DNA of 64,000 nucleotides, taken from NCBI GenBank assembly GCA_043228905.1, contig JBHGNT010000008.1, positions 4,774,001 to 4,838,000 on the forward strand, written 5' to 3'. A program made the translations under genes and the position numbers. The notes under the pieces were generated by a model. It saw only the letters and a list, made by a program, of their open reading frames with translations. It was not told the DNA's origin and did no database searches. Source of the stretch: Azolla caroliniana. Taxonomy: Eukaryota; Plantae; Polypodiophyta. Positions 25,101 to 35,700 of this stretch are shown here, in pieces (positions within the stretch are counted from its first letter, which is position 1; each line of letters opens with the position of its first letter).

Positions 25101-27491
25101 GAGTTTAGGGATGTATCCGGCTCTAGATAGGTGCGTAATGCCGGCCTTGTTGAGGTGTCCTAATCTTCGGTGCCATAGTGATGACACAGGAATATCCACC
25201 AAAAACAGGTTACCCTCTCTGAGCGTAACATGTAACGGATACAGTGAGTGTATCTTGGGTCCTCTAGCAAGCAGGAGGTTCCCCCTGTGGAGTGTCCACC
25301 CTCCCGAAGAAAAACCGGCACGAATGCCGTCTTCATCTAGTTGTCCGACTGAGATCAATGGCCTTGAGAGCTCGGGTACATGTCGGACATTGTGAAGTAC
25401 AAGTGTAGAGCCACCTGCAAGATTGAGCTCTACTGTGCCGATTCCAATGATGTTGCAGTGTTGCGAGTTGCCGACTCGAACTGAGTCGGAGTGACGGATC
25501 GTATATTGCCGAAATTGGGATCGATGAGGAGTCACGTGAAATGACGCGCCCGAGTCTAAGAGCCATGTGCTCGATTCTTCAGTCGTGAGCAGAACTTCTG
25601 ATCCGACTGGATTTTCGATTGATAGTATATTCGGGTCGTTTGGTAGCACATCAGCTGAGAAGCTGACGTAATTGATCTCCTCATGCCGGCCACTCTTCTT
25701 GTCTGATTTCTGAGACTTGTCGTTCTTGTTCTTGAGTGCGCGGCAGTCGGCCTTGATGTGTCCGGGTTTCTTGCAATAGTTGCAGATTCGATTATCCCGT
25801 GACTGGCTCCGTCTTCGCTGATTGTTCGGCTGCCGTGAGGAATCTCTTCCTCGTATGTTCGATCGGTCTGTCGAACCTTGTACTACATAAGCGTCGTCTG
25901 TTGAGTCTTTGGCGAAAGACTTTCTCCGAGCTGCTTCTGTCAGGATTGCGCTCGTGACTTCGGAGTATTTAACAGCCGTGGTTGACGCGTTGCACATGGT
26001 TGTGACGAAAGTTTCCCATGATGAGGGAAGGCTGGTCATGAGTATCATTGCTCTGAGTTCATCCTCGATTGTCGTCCCCTGAGATGAGATTTGGGAGCTT
26101 ATGCTTTCGTACTCATTGAGATGTGCTTGAACCGAATCGAATTCTTTCATCCGCAAGTTGTAGAGGCGCCGGATCAGAAACATCTTCGTCGCAGCGACCT
26201 TCTTTTCGTAGGTGTCCGACAGTGTTTTCCACAGTTCGAATGCTGTCGTACACGATTGCACCGTAAAGTATACCGATTCCGATAGGTGCATCCGAATCGT
26301 GGCGCGGACGATTCTGTCCAGCTTCTGCCACTCAATTGGTTTGTATCCTTCTGGAGGTTCTTCATTTTCGATGGGATCGATTTGCCCCTTGACTATGAGA
26401 TAGTCCTGCATTTGTTCCTTCCAGAAGTTGAAGTTCGATCCATCGAACTTTCGTAGACTCATTTCTGACGAGCCGGATGTTGACGCCATCAAATTTGGTT
26501 TCGGTTAACGAAGCTCGGTTCGGAGTTGACTATGAACCTTGTTGGAGTGCAGCCGGTTGGCTCACCCGATATCGTTCTAGTCGGATTTGAACCCGAGTCG
26601 GTTCGGCTTCGGATATATGTATTGTTGAACTTGCTCGAATTGACTTCGGTAACTTGAGGGACAGAACCGACTGGTCTTCCCGAATGTTGCCGAGTCGGAG
26701 TGAGCCCGGTTCGCTTCGGATATATATGCCGAATACCGATTATTGAAACCGATTGTCTGGACCGATTCTGCTTCGGGTGACTGCAGCGACGAGAGAGACG
26801 GATCCAACTGATCCTCCAGAATGTCGATCAGCCGGATGAAGCACGAATTGGGGTTGTTGTCTTGAGACCGATCTGCACCGAGTGGTTACAATGAGCGGCG
26901 AGCAGCGTTTGTTGACCTCTTCGGATGTCGTTTAACCGAGTGGAGCACGATCGTGTCAATGTTGCACAAGGGGATTTCACCTCGAGCGGTTACGATCACA
27001 AGGAACAGAGTACAACCGGCTGGCTTACTCCAAGCGAAGATGATCTAACGCGATGAGATGCAAGCCTCGTTTTTCTTCTTCTTCTCTCTTCTTCGAATGA
27101 CGCAGGAAACCGAATGCTGTGCAGGCTGAGACGACGGCCGACAGCGGATTGAAGGAACGAATACTGTGCAGGCTCTGATACCAGATGTTGTAGACAGGGG
27201 CCGTCAATGCGGAAGATCTAGAAGCATTCGATTAGGGTTGAGTACCTGCGTATGACAAAATCGAAGATTGTGGACAGAGAGAGAGAGAGAGAGAGGCACA
27301 AAGAGTCTTTCTATTCCATAAGACAATAATACAACCATAATACAACCAACCTTACAAAAAGGTTACAAGGTCACTATATATAGTGACCGACTTAGGGCAA
27401 CTACCCTTTATGCTAATTACACAAATGGCCCAAGCTTGAGCTATACAAAAGGGATAGTGTGAATACGTCCATTATGCACTTGTATTCGACA
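22134..27491 (-). mobile_element. Tnt1/Tork-like copia family-A copy 2
   Basis: LTRs 27186-27491 and 22134-22441 appear identical apart from one GA unit; iMet PBS; PPT; perfect TSD CGAAC. Confidence 0.97.
22635..26492 (-). CDS. gag-pol: Copia gag-pol polyprotein (59-aa in-frame deletion in the INT-RT linker)
   Basis: Open 1285-aa ORF with gag knuckle, PR, INT, RT (YVDD) and RNase H. Confidence 0.95.
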   Translation of the reverse strand: MMASTSGSSEMSLRKFDGSNFNFWKEQMQDYLIVKGQIDPIENEEPPEGYKPIEWQKLDRIVRATIRMHLSESVYFTVQSCTTAFELWKTLSDTYEKKVAATKMFLIRRLYNLRMKEFDSVQAHLNEYESISSQISSQGTTIEDELRAMILMTSLPSSWETFVTTMCNASTTAVKYSEVTSAILTEAARRKSFAKDSTDDAYVVQGSTDRSNIRGRDSSRQPNNQRRRSQSRDNRICNYCKKPGHIKADCRALKNKNDKSQKSDKKSGRHEEINYVSFSADVLPNDPNILSIENPVGSEVLLTTEESSTWLLDSGASFHVTPHRSQFRQYTIRHSDSVRVGNSQHCNIIGIGTVELNLAGGSTLVLHNVRHVPELSRPLISVGQLDEDGIRAGFSSGGWTLHRGNLLLARGPKIHSLYPLHVTLREGNLFLVDIPVSSLWHRRLGHLNKAGITHLSRAGYIPKLSFSDHQFCEHCQYGKQAAASHPTSAPRDTRPLDLVHSDVCGPMPHQSLGGASYFVSFIDDSTRKVWAYPIRTKDRVFSIFSDWLAMVENQTDRKLKCFRTDNGGEFKSDEFVKFCRQRGIRREFTAPHSPEQNGIAERMNRTIQERIVSMLQHSGLSYGFWAEALLTAVHIINMSPSRPLGLQIPQELWIGSKPNYDKLRIFGCEAYALIPKDDRRKLAPRSRKCIFLGYGSDGEMGYRLWDPERRQIVRSSDVVFNESAMNPSVEKPIEVRRVTFSDVPTLQEGYSPGIFFTDAGEPTSYEEASTSVNSATWHLAMESEMHSIRANKTWDLVELPKNRRALPCKWVYRLKETSDSTTPKYKARLVAKGFRQEYGVDFDEIFSPVVKMTTLRFLLSVVAADNLELIQLDVKTAFLHGDLEEEIYMEQPKGFVAPGQEHLVCRLRKSLYGLKQAPRQWYKKFDDFIQSIGFSKSDEDHCLFTNTAQDGSPIFLIIYVDDMLISGRHAGELADLIRQLRLNFAMKDLGPARHILGMKISRHRDKRHLFLSQTDYIGRVLERFNMQSAKSASTPLPMNLRLSQRDCPTSGPEGEDMKSVPYAPAVGSLMYLMVATRPDISHAVGVVSRFMHNPGRSHWNAVKHVFKYLAGTKDHGILFGPNRTSGVVGYTDSDFAGCIDSRKSTTGYCFKFGNGAISWKSKLQECTATSTTEAEYVAASDAAKEALWLGRLAHTFRQVDHDSAPVVYSDSQGVVALSRNPVHHNASKHIDVRYHFVRDCVISGKIGLEKISTTDNFADGMTKCLSADRFRSLRHQMGVTTNQSG

Positions 27492-27633
27492 CGAACGTCG
27501 TTCAAAAAGATGGTTGTTGCATCTCACCGTGCGACTGATTGCTTCTGTCAATGACTTTGGTTCTTCGGGGAAGGTCAAGAGTAAATCCTTGACATCGTTA
27601 CGTAGACCATAACGAAATTGCTCCATAAGTGCT

Positions 27634-28029
27634 TGTAAAAAGCAACGTGCGGAAGCAAGTATGAAGACCGAACAGAAGGAAGGAAACTCAGGTTTAATGG
27701 AGAGCTTGAGCTTACACGGTATACGCGGGAGAGACAGAGAGAGTGAGAGAGAAGACACAAAAAATGTATTCAACAATAATACTCAGTCTGTGTACATAAG
27801 ATGTGCTCAGTGAGCACTTTTATACAAGTCCTAGAAGGACTGACCGAAGTACTGACAGTACTTCAATGCTCATCAAGAGCTCCTACACTAACTCCCAAAT
27901 ATATTCCTCACGGAATATCTTTCCTAACGACCTCCCGGTGTACGCACTCGGCCTAATCGATCGGTCCCAACCGATCCGGTCCTCGGCTTCTTCAGCCGAA
28001 CCGGCCGATGTTGAGCTTGTCTCTCAACA
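27634..28029 (-). repeat. Solo LTR related to copia family B
   Basis: TG..CA ends and perfect TSD GTGCT. The minus-strand start TGTTGAGAGACAAGCTCAAC resembles family-B LTRs. It interrupts the chromoviral gag. Confidence 0.9.
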
Positions 28030-30215
28030 GTGCTTGGTCATCCCAGGGGATATCAGAGGCGAGTAGGCGGAAATCTGCAACGTATGTGGAGGCTGCACGA
28101 TCACCTTGACGTAATTGTTGGATTTTGTTGATTGTTGTCCTTATGCGGTCAGTATCTCCAAAATAGGCTTTAAACTCACTTAAAAACTCTTCAAAATTGT
28201 TTAGTAAAGGAGATTCCTTTTCTAACAACGGAGCGAACCATGCCAAAGCTGAGCCACTTAACAACGTGCCTACTAAACCCACTTGTGATGCATCGGTGGG
28301 AGATCGGGAAGGATGCATTTGAATGACTAATCGTACCTGATTAAGGAATCCTCTAAACTTCGATCGCGTTCCATCGAATTTCATGGGAAGGCCGATCTTG
28401 GGTTCTTTATGAACCCCTTGCGTACTGGGTCCTTGTTGTTGCATCGCAACTATGGTTGCTTCGAGCTGTTGCATGCGTAACGCTAGTTCCCCATGTTGTT
28501 GATGTGTCAGCTGCTTCTCTAAGGAGATTTGTTAAAGCTCCCCCAACAGTCGTTGATTTTCTTGTTCCAATGCAAGAAACTTCTCTTTCAAGCATTGCAA
28601 CTCCGAAAAAACGGATTAATATTCTTGAGCGCTGACAATGGCCATAGTATGAGAGAAAATAGGAATAAGAGATTAATATGAAGGGAGGGAGAAGTAAGAA
28701 GATAAAGGAAGAGAAGGAAGGAGAAAAAATCGGTTCAAAGAGCCAGGAACAGTATTAAGACAGAGAAGTACAGTCCGGAACAGTACTAAGATAGAGAAGG
28801 AATTAGTACTAAAAGATGAGGATTAGTACTATAGTAAAATTCAAATGAAAATAATATCCTTCATATTATAACATATAGTTTAATAGTCAAGAGCTTGACC
28901 CATGTAACATAAGGTCATGGGTTCGAGTTTTGCCATATCATGACACGAGGCCCCCATGGTCCCTTTGTTTCACATGCACATGCGTTAATACACGACACCA
29001 GCTTCTGACCATACATAATATCTATTGGCATATACCCTGTCATAGAACTGTGCGTAGTTCTATCGGCCCACAAGGCATAGGGCGATAGTCGTGGCCAGTT
29101 CCCGACTCGACTGTCGCATGCGCGTACGATGGCCTTGACTATTTGTCCATACCCTCACTCGATCTTCCCATTTGCTTCCGGATTGTAGGTAGTCGTAAGG
29201 GAGAGCTTGACGCCTAGTTGCTCAAAGAGCTCCATTTCTTTGTGTGCATTGAACTCCCCTCGGTCAACCACAATCTTTCCCACACATCCATATTGGCAGA
29301 CGACCTCTTCGAGGAGAAATTTCCAAATGGCTGACGTCATCTTATTTGCCAAGGCTCGTCCTTCTACCTGATTTGTCAGGTCTTCTCTTGCTAGTACCAA
29401 GTACTTTATCTGTCCCACTCCCATTGGCATCGAGACCAGATCCACCATCCATTTGAAGTGTATGGTGAGTGGGTATGTTGACCATAACTAATCACAGTGA
29501 CGAATGTTCAAATGTACTTGGAAGTTTTCACATGTGGACATGAAATGAAGTACAACTTTGTACATGCTCGGCCACCAATATGTCTCCTTTAGTTTTTTGA
29601 ACGTTGCCCATGTTCCTCTATGACCTGCCCAAGGATTCTCATGGAAGTCAGACATCAGCATCGTTTGGTCCTCTCTCTTCACCACTACTAGACGTGGCAT
29701 TCATGTCCTTCTCTTTGGGTGCCGCCAGAGGAATCCTCCCTTCAGAAAGTACTGGTAAGCTTTCTTTCAGATTCGTAGAGCCTCTGTCAGGAACAATACT
29801 AAGACAGAAGGAATTAGTACTAAAAGAAGTTTTAGTACTAAGAGAGGTGAAGAACTCTCGAGAGAAGGAAAGAGTAAGTGAGAGGGAGGGAGAGAGAGAT
29901 AGATAGAGAGAGAGAGAGAGAGAGTGATGATAAGAAAAGATATATATTACGTGAAGAGAATGTACAATAGTAGCTAGGAGGCTTAAGACTGGCGTTGAAC
30001 CGATTTGGTTCGAAATAATGCCTTGTGCCTCCTTTTATAGTGTTCTAAGGAATACTCTTGAAGTTTCTAGAATGATCTAGAGAAATCTGGAATATACATC
30101 AATTTTCTATAATAAAACATAAATGAAAATAATATTTTACGTATTATAATGTATGGTCTAATGGTCAAGAGCTTGACCCATGTAGCATAAGGTCATGGGT
30201 TTGAGTCTTGCCATA

Positions 30216-31401
30216 TCATGACACTATCCCCCCTTTAAAACAACAAGTGTTACGAGTTGTTTTGGATTGAGGACCCGGTTTGTTTGGATATTGACGATAG
30301 AAGTCTTCAAGAAGAGCACGAGCATTGGTCACATTCTCTATCGGTTCCCAAGTACGCTCACTGGGACTATATCCTAGCCAATCGACTAGATAGTAGAGCT
30401 TGTTGCGAACAATCTTGGAATCAACGATGGCGGCAACCTCGTACTTAGGTCCATCTTCAAGCTCGATCGGGGGTGGAGGCTGTGTAATACGTCCTGGGAT
30501 GGTGCTCTCTTGATAGGGTTCGCGGAGAGAACTATGAAACACCGGATGTATCCGAAGTTGCGGAGGTAGATCGAGACGAAAAGCGACATCATTAATCTTA
30601 CCTATAATACGGAAAGGACCTAATTGCCGGTAATCCAACTTCTCGCATGGGCGAGTAGTCTTAATGTGTTGTCATAGTAGCCATACTCGATCTCCAATGT
30701 TAAAACTAGATGGGAGTCGATGACGATCCACATAAACCTTGTGTGTTTGTTGAGCGTGTTGGAGATGAGTAGATAAATCGGCTTGTATCTTGCGTAACCG
30801 CTCTAAACGATCCTCTGCGCAAGGATATGTGGACAATTCTGGGGTTTCAAAGACACACCACCGGGGGTGAGCACCCGTATAAGCATAAAATGGCGTAACT
30901 TTAGTCGATGCGTGGACAGAGTTATTGTAGGCAAATTCGGCGAAGTGGAGAATATCTACCCAGTCATCCTGATGATAGCTTAGAAAGCACCGAAGATATT
31001 GCTCCAGTGTTTGATTTGTTCATTCTGCTTGGCCATCCGTTTGTGGGTGGTAGCTAGAAGAGAGGTTACACGTGACCTTGAGCATTTTAAAAAGGTGCTT
31101 CTAGAATTTCGATACGAACTGGGGTTCACGGTCGCTGATGATACTATCGGGAAGGCCATGATGTCGACATACTTCACGCATGACAATTTCAGCGGTTTCT
31201 TCACTGGATATCTCCTTAGTACATGGCAAGAAATGAGCCATCTTCATATATCGATCAACGACTGTTAGAATCGCATTGAACCCCTTAGAGACTGGAAGAT
31301 CTGTGATGAAGTCTAGAGCAATCGATTGTCACGGCTTGCTTGGAATTGGTAATGGTTCTAATAAACCATATGGATGATTGCTTGGCATTTTCGCTCTGCA
31401 A
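30216..31401 (-). pseudogene. pol: Chromoviral integrase core, GPF motif and chromodomain
   Basis: [20 protein letters not shown]...IHPVFHSS; [38 protein letters not shown]. The stop lies inside the 3' LTR. Confidence 0.9.
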
Positions 31402-32039
31402 TGTCAAGATTCGAACTTTTGACATGACCAAGTTATAATCGAGTGTTATGTGTTAACCACACATATAACATATAATCACGTATATACTTCCTCATTGTAG
31501 GTTTTAGCTAGCATCATGTGCATAATTTCTCCCTTGTATTATTTACACTTGGCACATGCATGCGTACCTACTGCCTACATGCTATATTGTATCACATGCA
31601 TGCAACAAGTATGCATGCCACTTAGTATAAATAGTTGAGTTCACCTTCAAGGAATTCAAGGTGAACAACGCCAATCATGGACATATCAATCTAGTATTCC
31701 CATTTCGCTCATCCTCTCTCCTTGATCTTCATCTCTATCTTTATGCTCTTGTGTCATTCCACGTCTTAAGTTCCTCGCGTCATCGCTCCGTCATAGCCTC
31801 ATCATCCGTGCTCCGACTTAGTCCGCATTTGGTGTGTCCGTGACAGTTTGTTCACCTTCCAACTAGAAGCATCACCTGACTCCGTCATCAGCCATGCTTC
31901 TAGAGTTACCATCATCAACATTGTTTCATTTCCTATCTACCTCGCCATTTCTATCTCCTAGTTTCTGCTCATAAACTTCATTCACTTTTAGTTCTCCTCA
32001 TCATTGTCTCTATTTTTTAGTTTCTTTCTCGTTCGTGTT

Positions 32040-32690
32040 CCCGTTCCCGGTGAGGGACGCATGGTTGCTCACTCCCATTCGTGTTCTAGTCTTCAGTGAG
32101 GACCACACATGATCGCTCACTCCAGTTATTTTTCATGTTCCACATCCCGACGAGGACCGACATGGTCGCTCATGCCCATTGCGATTCATGTTCTCGTTCT
32201 CGGTGAGGACCACACATGGTCTCTTATGCCCGTTGGTGTTCGTGTTCCAGTCTCCGGTGAGGACCACACATGGTTGCTCACTCCAACTATTGTTCATGTT
32301 CCAGATCCTGGTGAGGACCGACATGGTCGCTCATGCCCGTTGTTGTTCATGTTCCAGTTCCCGGTGAGGACCACACATGGTCGATTATTCCCGTTTGTGT
32401 TCCTGTTCCCGGTGAGGCACACATGGTCACTCACTCGTTCGTGTTCCAATTCTCGGTGAGGACAACATGGTACATGGTTGCTCACACCCGTTGGTGTTCG
32501 TGTTCCAACTCTTAGCGAGGACCGTTCCAGTTCCCGAAAAGGACCACACATGATCACTCATGCTCCTTGGTGTTCATGCTCCCCATGAGGACCGCACATG
32601 ATCGCTCACACCTGTTGATATTTGTGTTCCAGTCCTAGGTGAGGATCACACATGGTCGCTCATGCTTGTTGGTGTTGAATACCTCGTCTT
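32040..32690 (+). repeat. ~54-bp degenerate minisatellite (~12 units) inside the mini-element
   Basis: Recurring GGTGAGGACCACACATGGTCGCTCA...GTTCATGTTCCAGT units. Confidence 0.9.
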
Positions 32691-32735
32691 GTGGAAGGGT
32701 TCCTCCTTGTCTAGGATTTACAAAATACTTTGGAG

Positions 32736-35700
32736 TGTTGGAGACAAGGTCGTCTATGCGGAAGATCAAGAAGCACTCTATTGTGTTCTGAACACCTGCG
32801 TATGACAGTTTGTAGGTCGTTGCACAGAGAGAGAGAGAGAGAGAGAGTGAGAGAGAGACAGAGAGGCACAAAAGACTTCTTATTCCATAAAGCAATAATA
32901 CAACACCCAACCTTACAAAAAGGTTACAAGGTCACTATATATAGTGACCGACTTAGGGCAACTACTCTTTATGCTAATTACACAAATGGCCGAAAGGGAT
33001 AGTGTGAATACGTCCATTATACACATGTATTCGACACTCCCCCGTAATGGGCGTATACATGGGTTATCTAAGATTACAGGTATAGACTTAGGTTCTCGGA
33101 CATATCAGCTTTGTTCGAGTTGGCAGGGTCCGAAGGCAGAAGACCGAACTGGTCGGGTCGGAACAGTTGAAGCCGATCATTAAGGAACTGATGTCGGTTG
33201 TCGGGAACCATCCTGCTCTGTGTCCGGCTCTAACCGGACTGGTTTGTCGTTACGCCCATCTGATGCCGAAGAGACCGAAAACGGTCTGCCGAAAGACACT
33301 TGGTCATTCCATCTGCGACATTGTCGGTTGTGGATATTTTCTCTAGACCGATTTTCCCTGAAATGACGCAGTCCCGAACGAAGTGATATCGAACGTCGAT
33401 ATGTTTGGAGGCGTTGTGGTGAACCGGATTTTTCGACAAGGCAACAGCACCTTGACTGTCGCTGTAGACAACTGGAGCCGAGTCATGGTCGACTTGTCGA
33501 AACGTGTGCGCCAGCCGACCGAGCCACAAAGCTTCTTTTGCTGCGTCGGACGCAGCTACATATTCTGCTTCGGTCGTTGAGGTCGCTGTGCACTCCTGAA
33601 GTTTCGACTTCCACGAGATTGCTCCATTGCCGAATTTGAAGCAGTATCCGGTTGTTGATTTCCGACTGTCTATACAGCCGGCGAAGTCCGAGTCGGTGTA
33701 ACCGACTACGCCTGAGGTTCGGTTCGGACCGAAAAGAATGCCGTGGTCTTTTGTGCCAGCCAGATATCTGAACACATGCTTGACTGCGTTCCAATGCGAT
33801 CGGCCAGGATTGTGCATAAATCTGCTAACGACTCCTACGGCGTGAGAAATATCAGGCCGTGTCGCGACCATCGGGTACATAAGGGAGCCGACTGCCGGTG
33901 CATACGGTACCGACTTCATATCTTCCCCCTCCGGACCGGATGTCGGGCAGTCTCGCTGAGAGAGCCGAAGATTCATGGGGAGCGGGGTTGATGCAGATTT
34001 GGCTGATTGCATGTTGAAGCGTTCTAAGACACGTCGGATATAGTCGGTCTGAGACAAAAAAAGATGTCGTTTATCGCGATGCCGACTAATCTTCATGCCA
34101 AGGATGTGTCGTGCCGGACCGAGGTCCTTCATGGCAAACTTCAACCGCAGTTGCCGAATGAGATCGGCAAGTTGGCCCGCGTGGCGTCCAGAGATTAGCA
34201 TGTCGTCCACGTAAATGATGAGGAAGATGGGTGATCCATCTTGAGCTGTGTTGGTAAAAAGACAATGGTCCTCATCGCTTTTTGAGAAGCCGATCGATTG
34301 GATGAAGTCGTCGAACTTCTTGTACCATTGTCGCGGTGCCTGTTTGAGGCCGTATAGACTCTTCCTGAGTCGGCAGACTAGATGTTCTTGGCCAGTTGCC
34401 ACGAAGCCTTTTGGCTGCTCCATATAAATTTCCTCTTCAAGATCACCATGGAGGAATGCTGTTTTGACATCTAGCTGAATCAGCTCCAAGTTGTCGGCTG
34501 CCACTACGCCGAGTAGAAAACGGAGGGTTGTCATTTTCACCACTGGTGAAAAAATCTTGTCGAAGTCGACGCCATATTCTTGTCGGAAGCCCTTCGCAAC
34601 TAATCTGGCCTTGTACTTTGGGGTGGTCGAATCAGACGTCTCTTTTAGTCGATAAACCCACTTGCAAGGAAGAGCACGTTGGTTCCTAGGTAATTCGACC
34701 AGATCCCAAGTCTTGTTTGCCCGAATGGAGTGCATTTCCGACTCCATCGCCAGATGCCAGGTGGCTGAATCGACAGATGTCGATGCTTCTTCGTAAGACG
34801 TCGGTTCGCCGGCGTCGGTGAAGAAAATTCCAGGAGAATACCTCTCCGGAGGTTGCGACAGTCTCTCGGATCGTCGAGGTAAGATTGGACTGGTCGCATC
34901 GGGTATCGAGGTCGGATGGTCCGAAAGCGGATTGTTCTGCTGTGCCGAGTCAGGGTTGTCCGAGTCGGTAATGTAAGGTTCAGCTACCCGTGAAGCTGAC
35001 CGTGTGTTAAGAGCGGGGCCTTCTTGAAGGGTCGGCACATCGGAAAATGTTACCCTTCGGACTTCGATCGGTTTTTCGACTGATGGATTCATAGCCGACT
35101 CGTTGAACACAACGTCCGAACTTCGAACGATTTGTCTGCGTTCGGGGTCCCAGAGTCGGTATCCCATTTCGCCGTCGGATCCATATCCAAGGAAAATGCA
35201 TTTCCTGGACCGAGGTGCAAGTTTTCGGCGATCATCTTTCGGAATAAGGGCGTACGCCTCGCATCCGAAGATCCTCAGCTTCTCATAATTCGGCTTACTG
35301 CCGATCCATAGTTCCTGAGGAATTTGAAGTCCTAGAGGTCTACTTGGCGACATATTGATTATGTGTGCTGCCGTGAGTAGAGCCTCTGCCCAGAAGCCAT
35401 CCGACAGTCCGGAGTGTTGGAGCATGGAAACTATCCGTTCTTGGATTGTCCGATTCATTCGTTCTGCAATCCCGTTTTGCTCCGGACTGTGTGGTGCCGT
35501 AAATTCACGTCGGATGCCGCGTTGTCGGCAGAATTTGACGAATTCTTCGGATTTAAACTCTCCCCCATTGTCTGTTCGAAAGCATTTCAGCTTTCGGTCG
35601 GTTTGATTTTCTACCATAGCGAGCCAATCGGTGAAGATCGAGAAGACCCGATCTTTGGTGCGAATTGGATAAGCCCACACCTTTCGAGTCGAATCGTCAA

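Larger units (their letters stand above)
12271..28945 (-). mobile_element. Tcn1-like chromovirus (Ty3/gypsy) copy 1, degenerate
   Basis: LTRs 12271-12701 and ~28742-28945 (internally deleted); PPT AGGGGGATAG. Contains gag (~28645 downward), protease LLDSGANSCF (~21550), RT/RH (13838-15300), integrase and chromodomain ([22 protein letters not shown]). The left flank was lost by deletion, so no TSD. Confidence 0.9.
4777..28997 (+). mobile_element. Gypsy family-A element 2 (5' LTR, gag, protease, start of pol; most of pol deleted; tip of 3' LTR)
   Basis: 5' LTR 4777-~5465 starts TGTCATGAGGAAAACC; PBS TGGTGAACCC at 5471. gag is at 5513-6302 plus 10689-11490 (CMWCDAVGHTRRDC knuckle), protease at ~11494-11949. 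The 3' LTR tip 28946-28997 ends ACGACA. TSD CCGG/CCAG. Confidence 0.85.

Noticed and set aside
32040-32690. CRISPR-like repeat/spacer appearance
   Set aside because: The intervening parts are themselves homologous, so this is a degenerate tandem repeat. It lies inside an LTR element and no cas genes are present.
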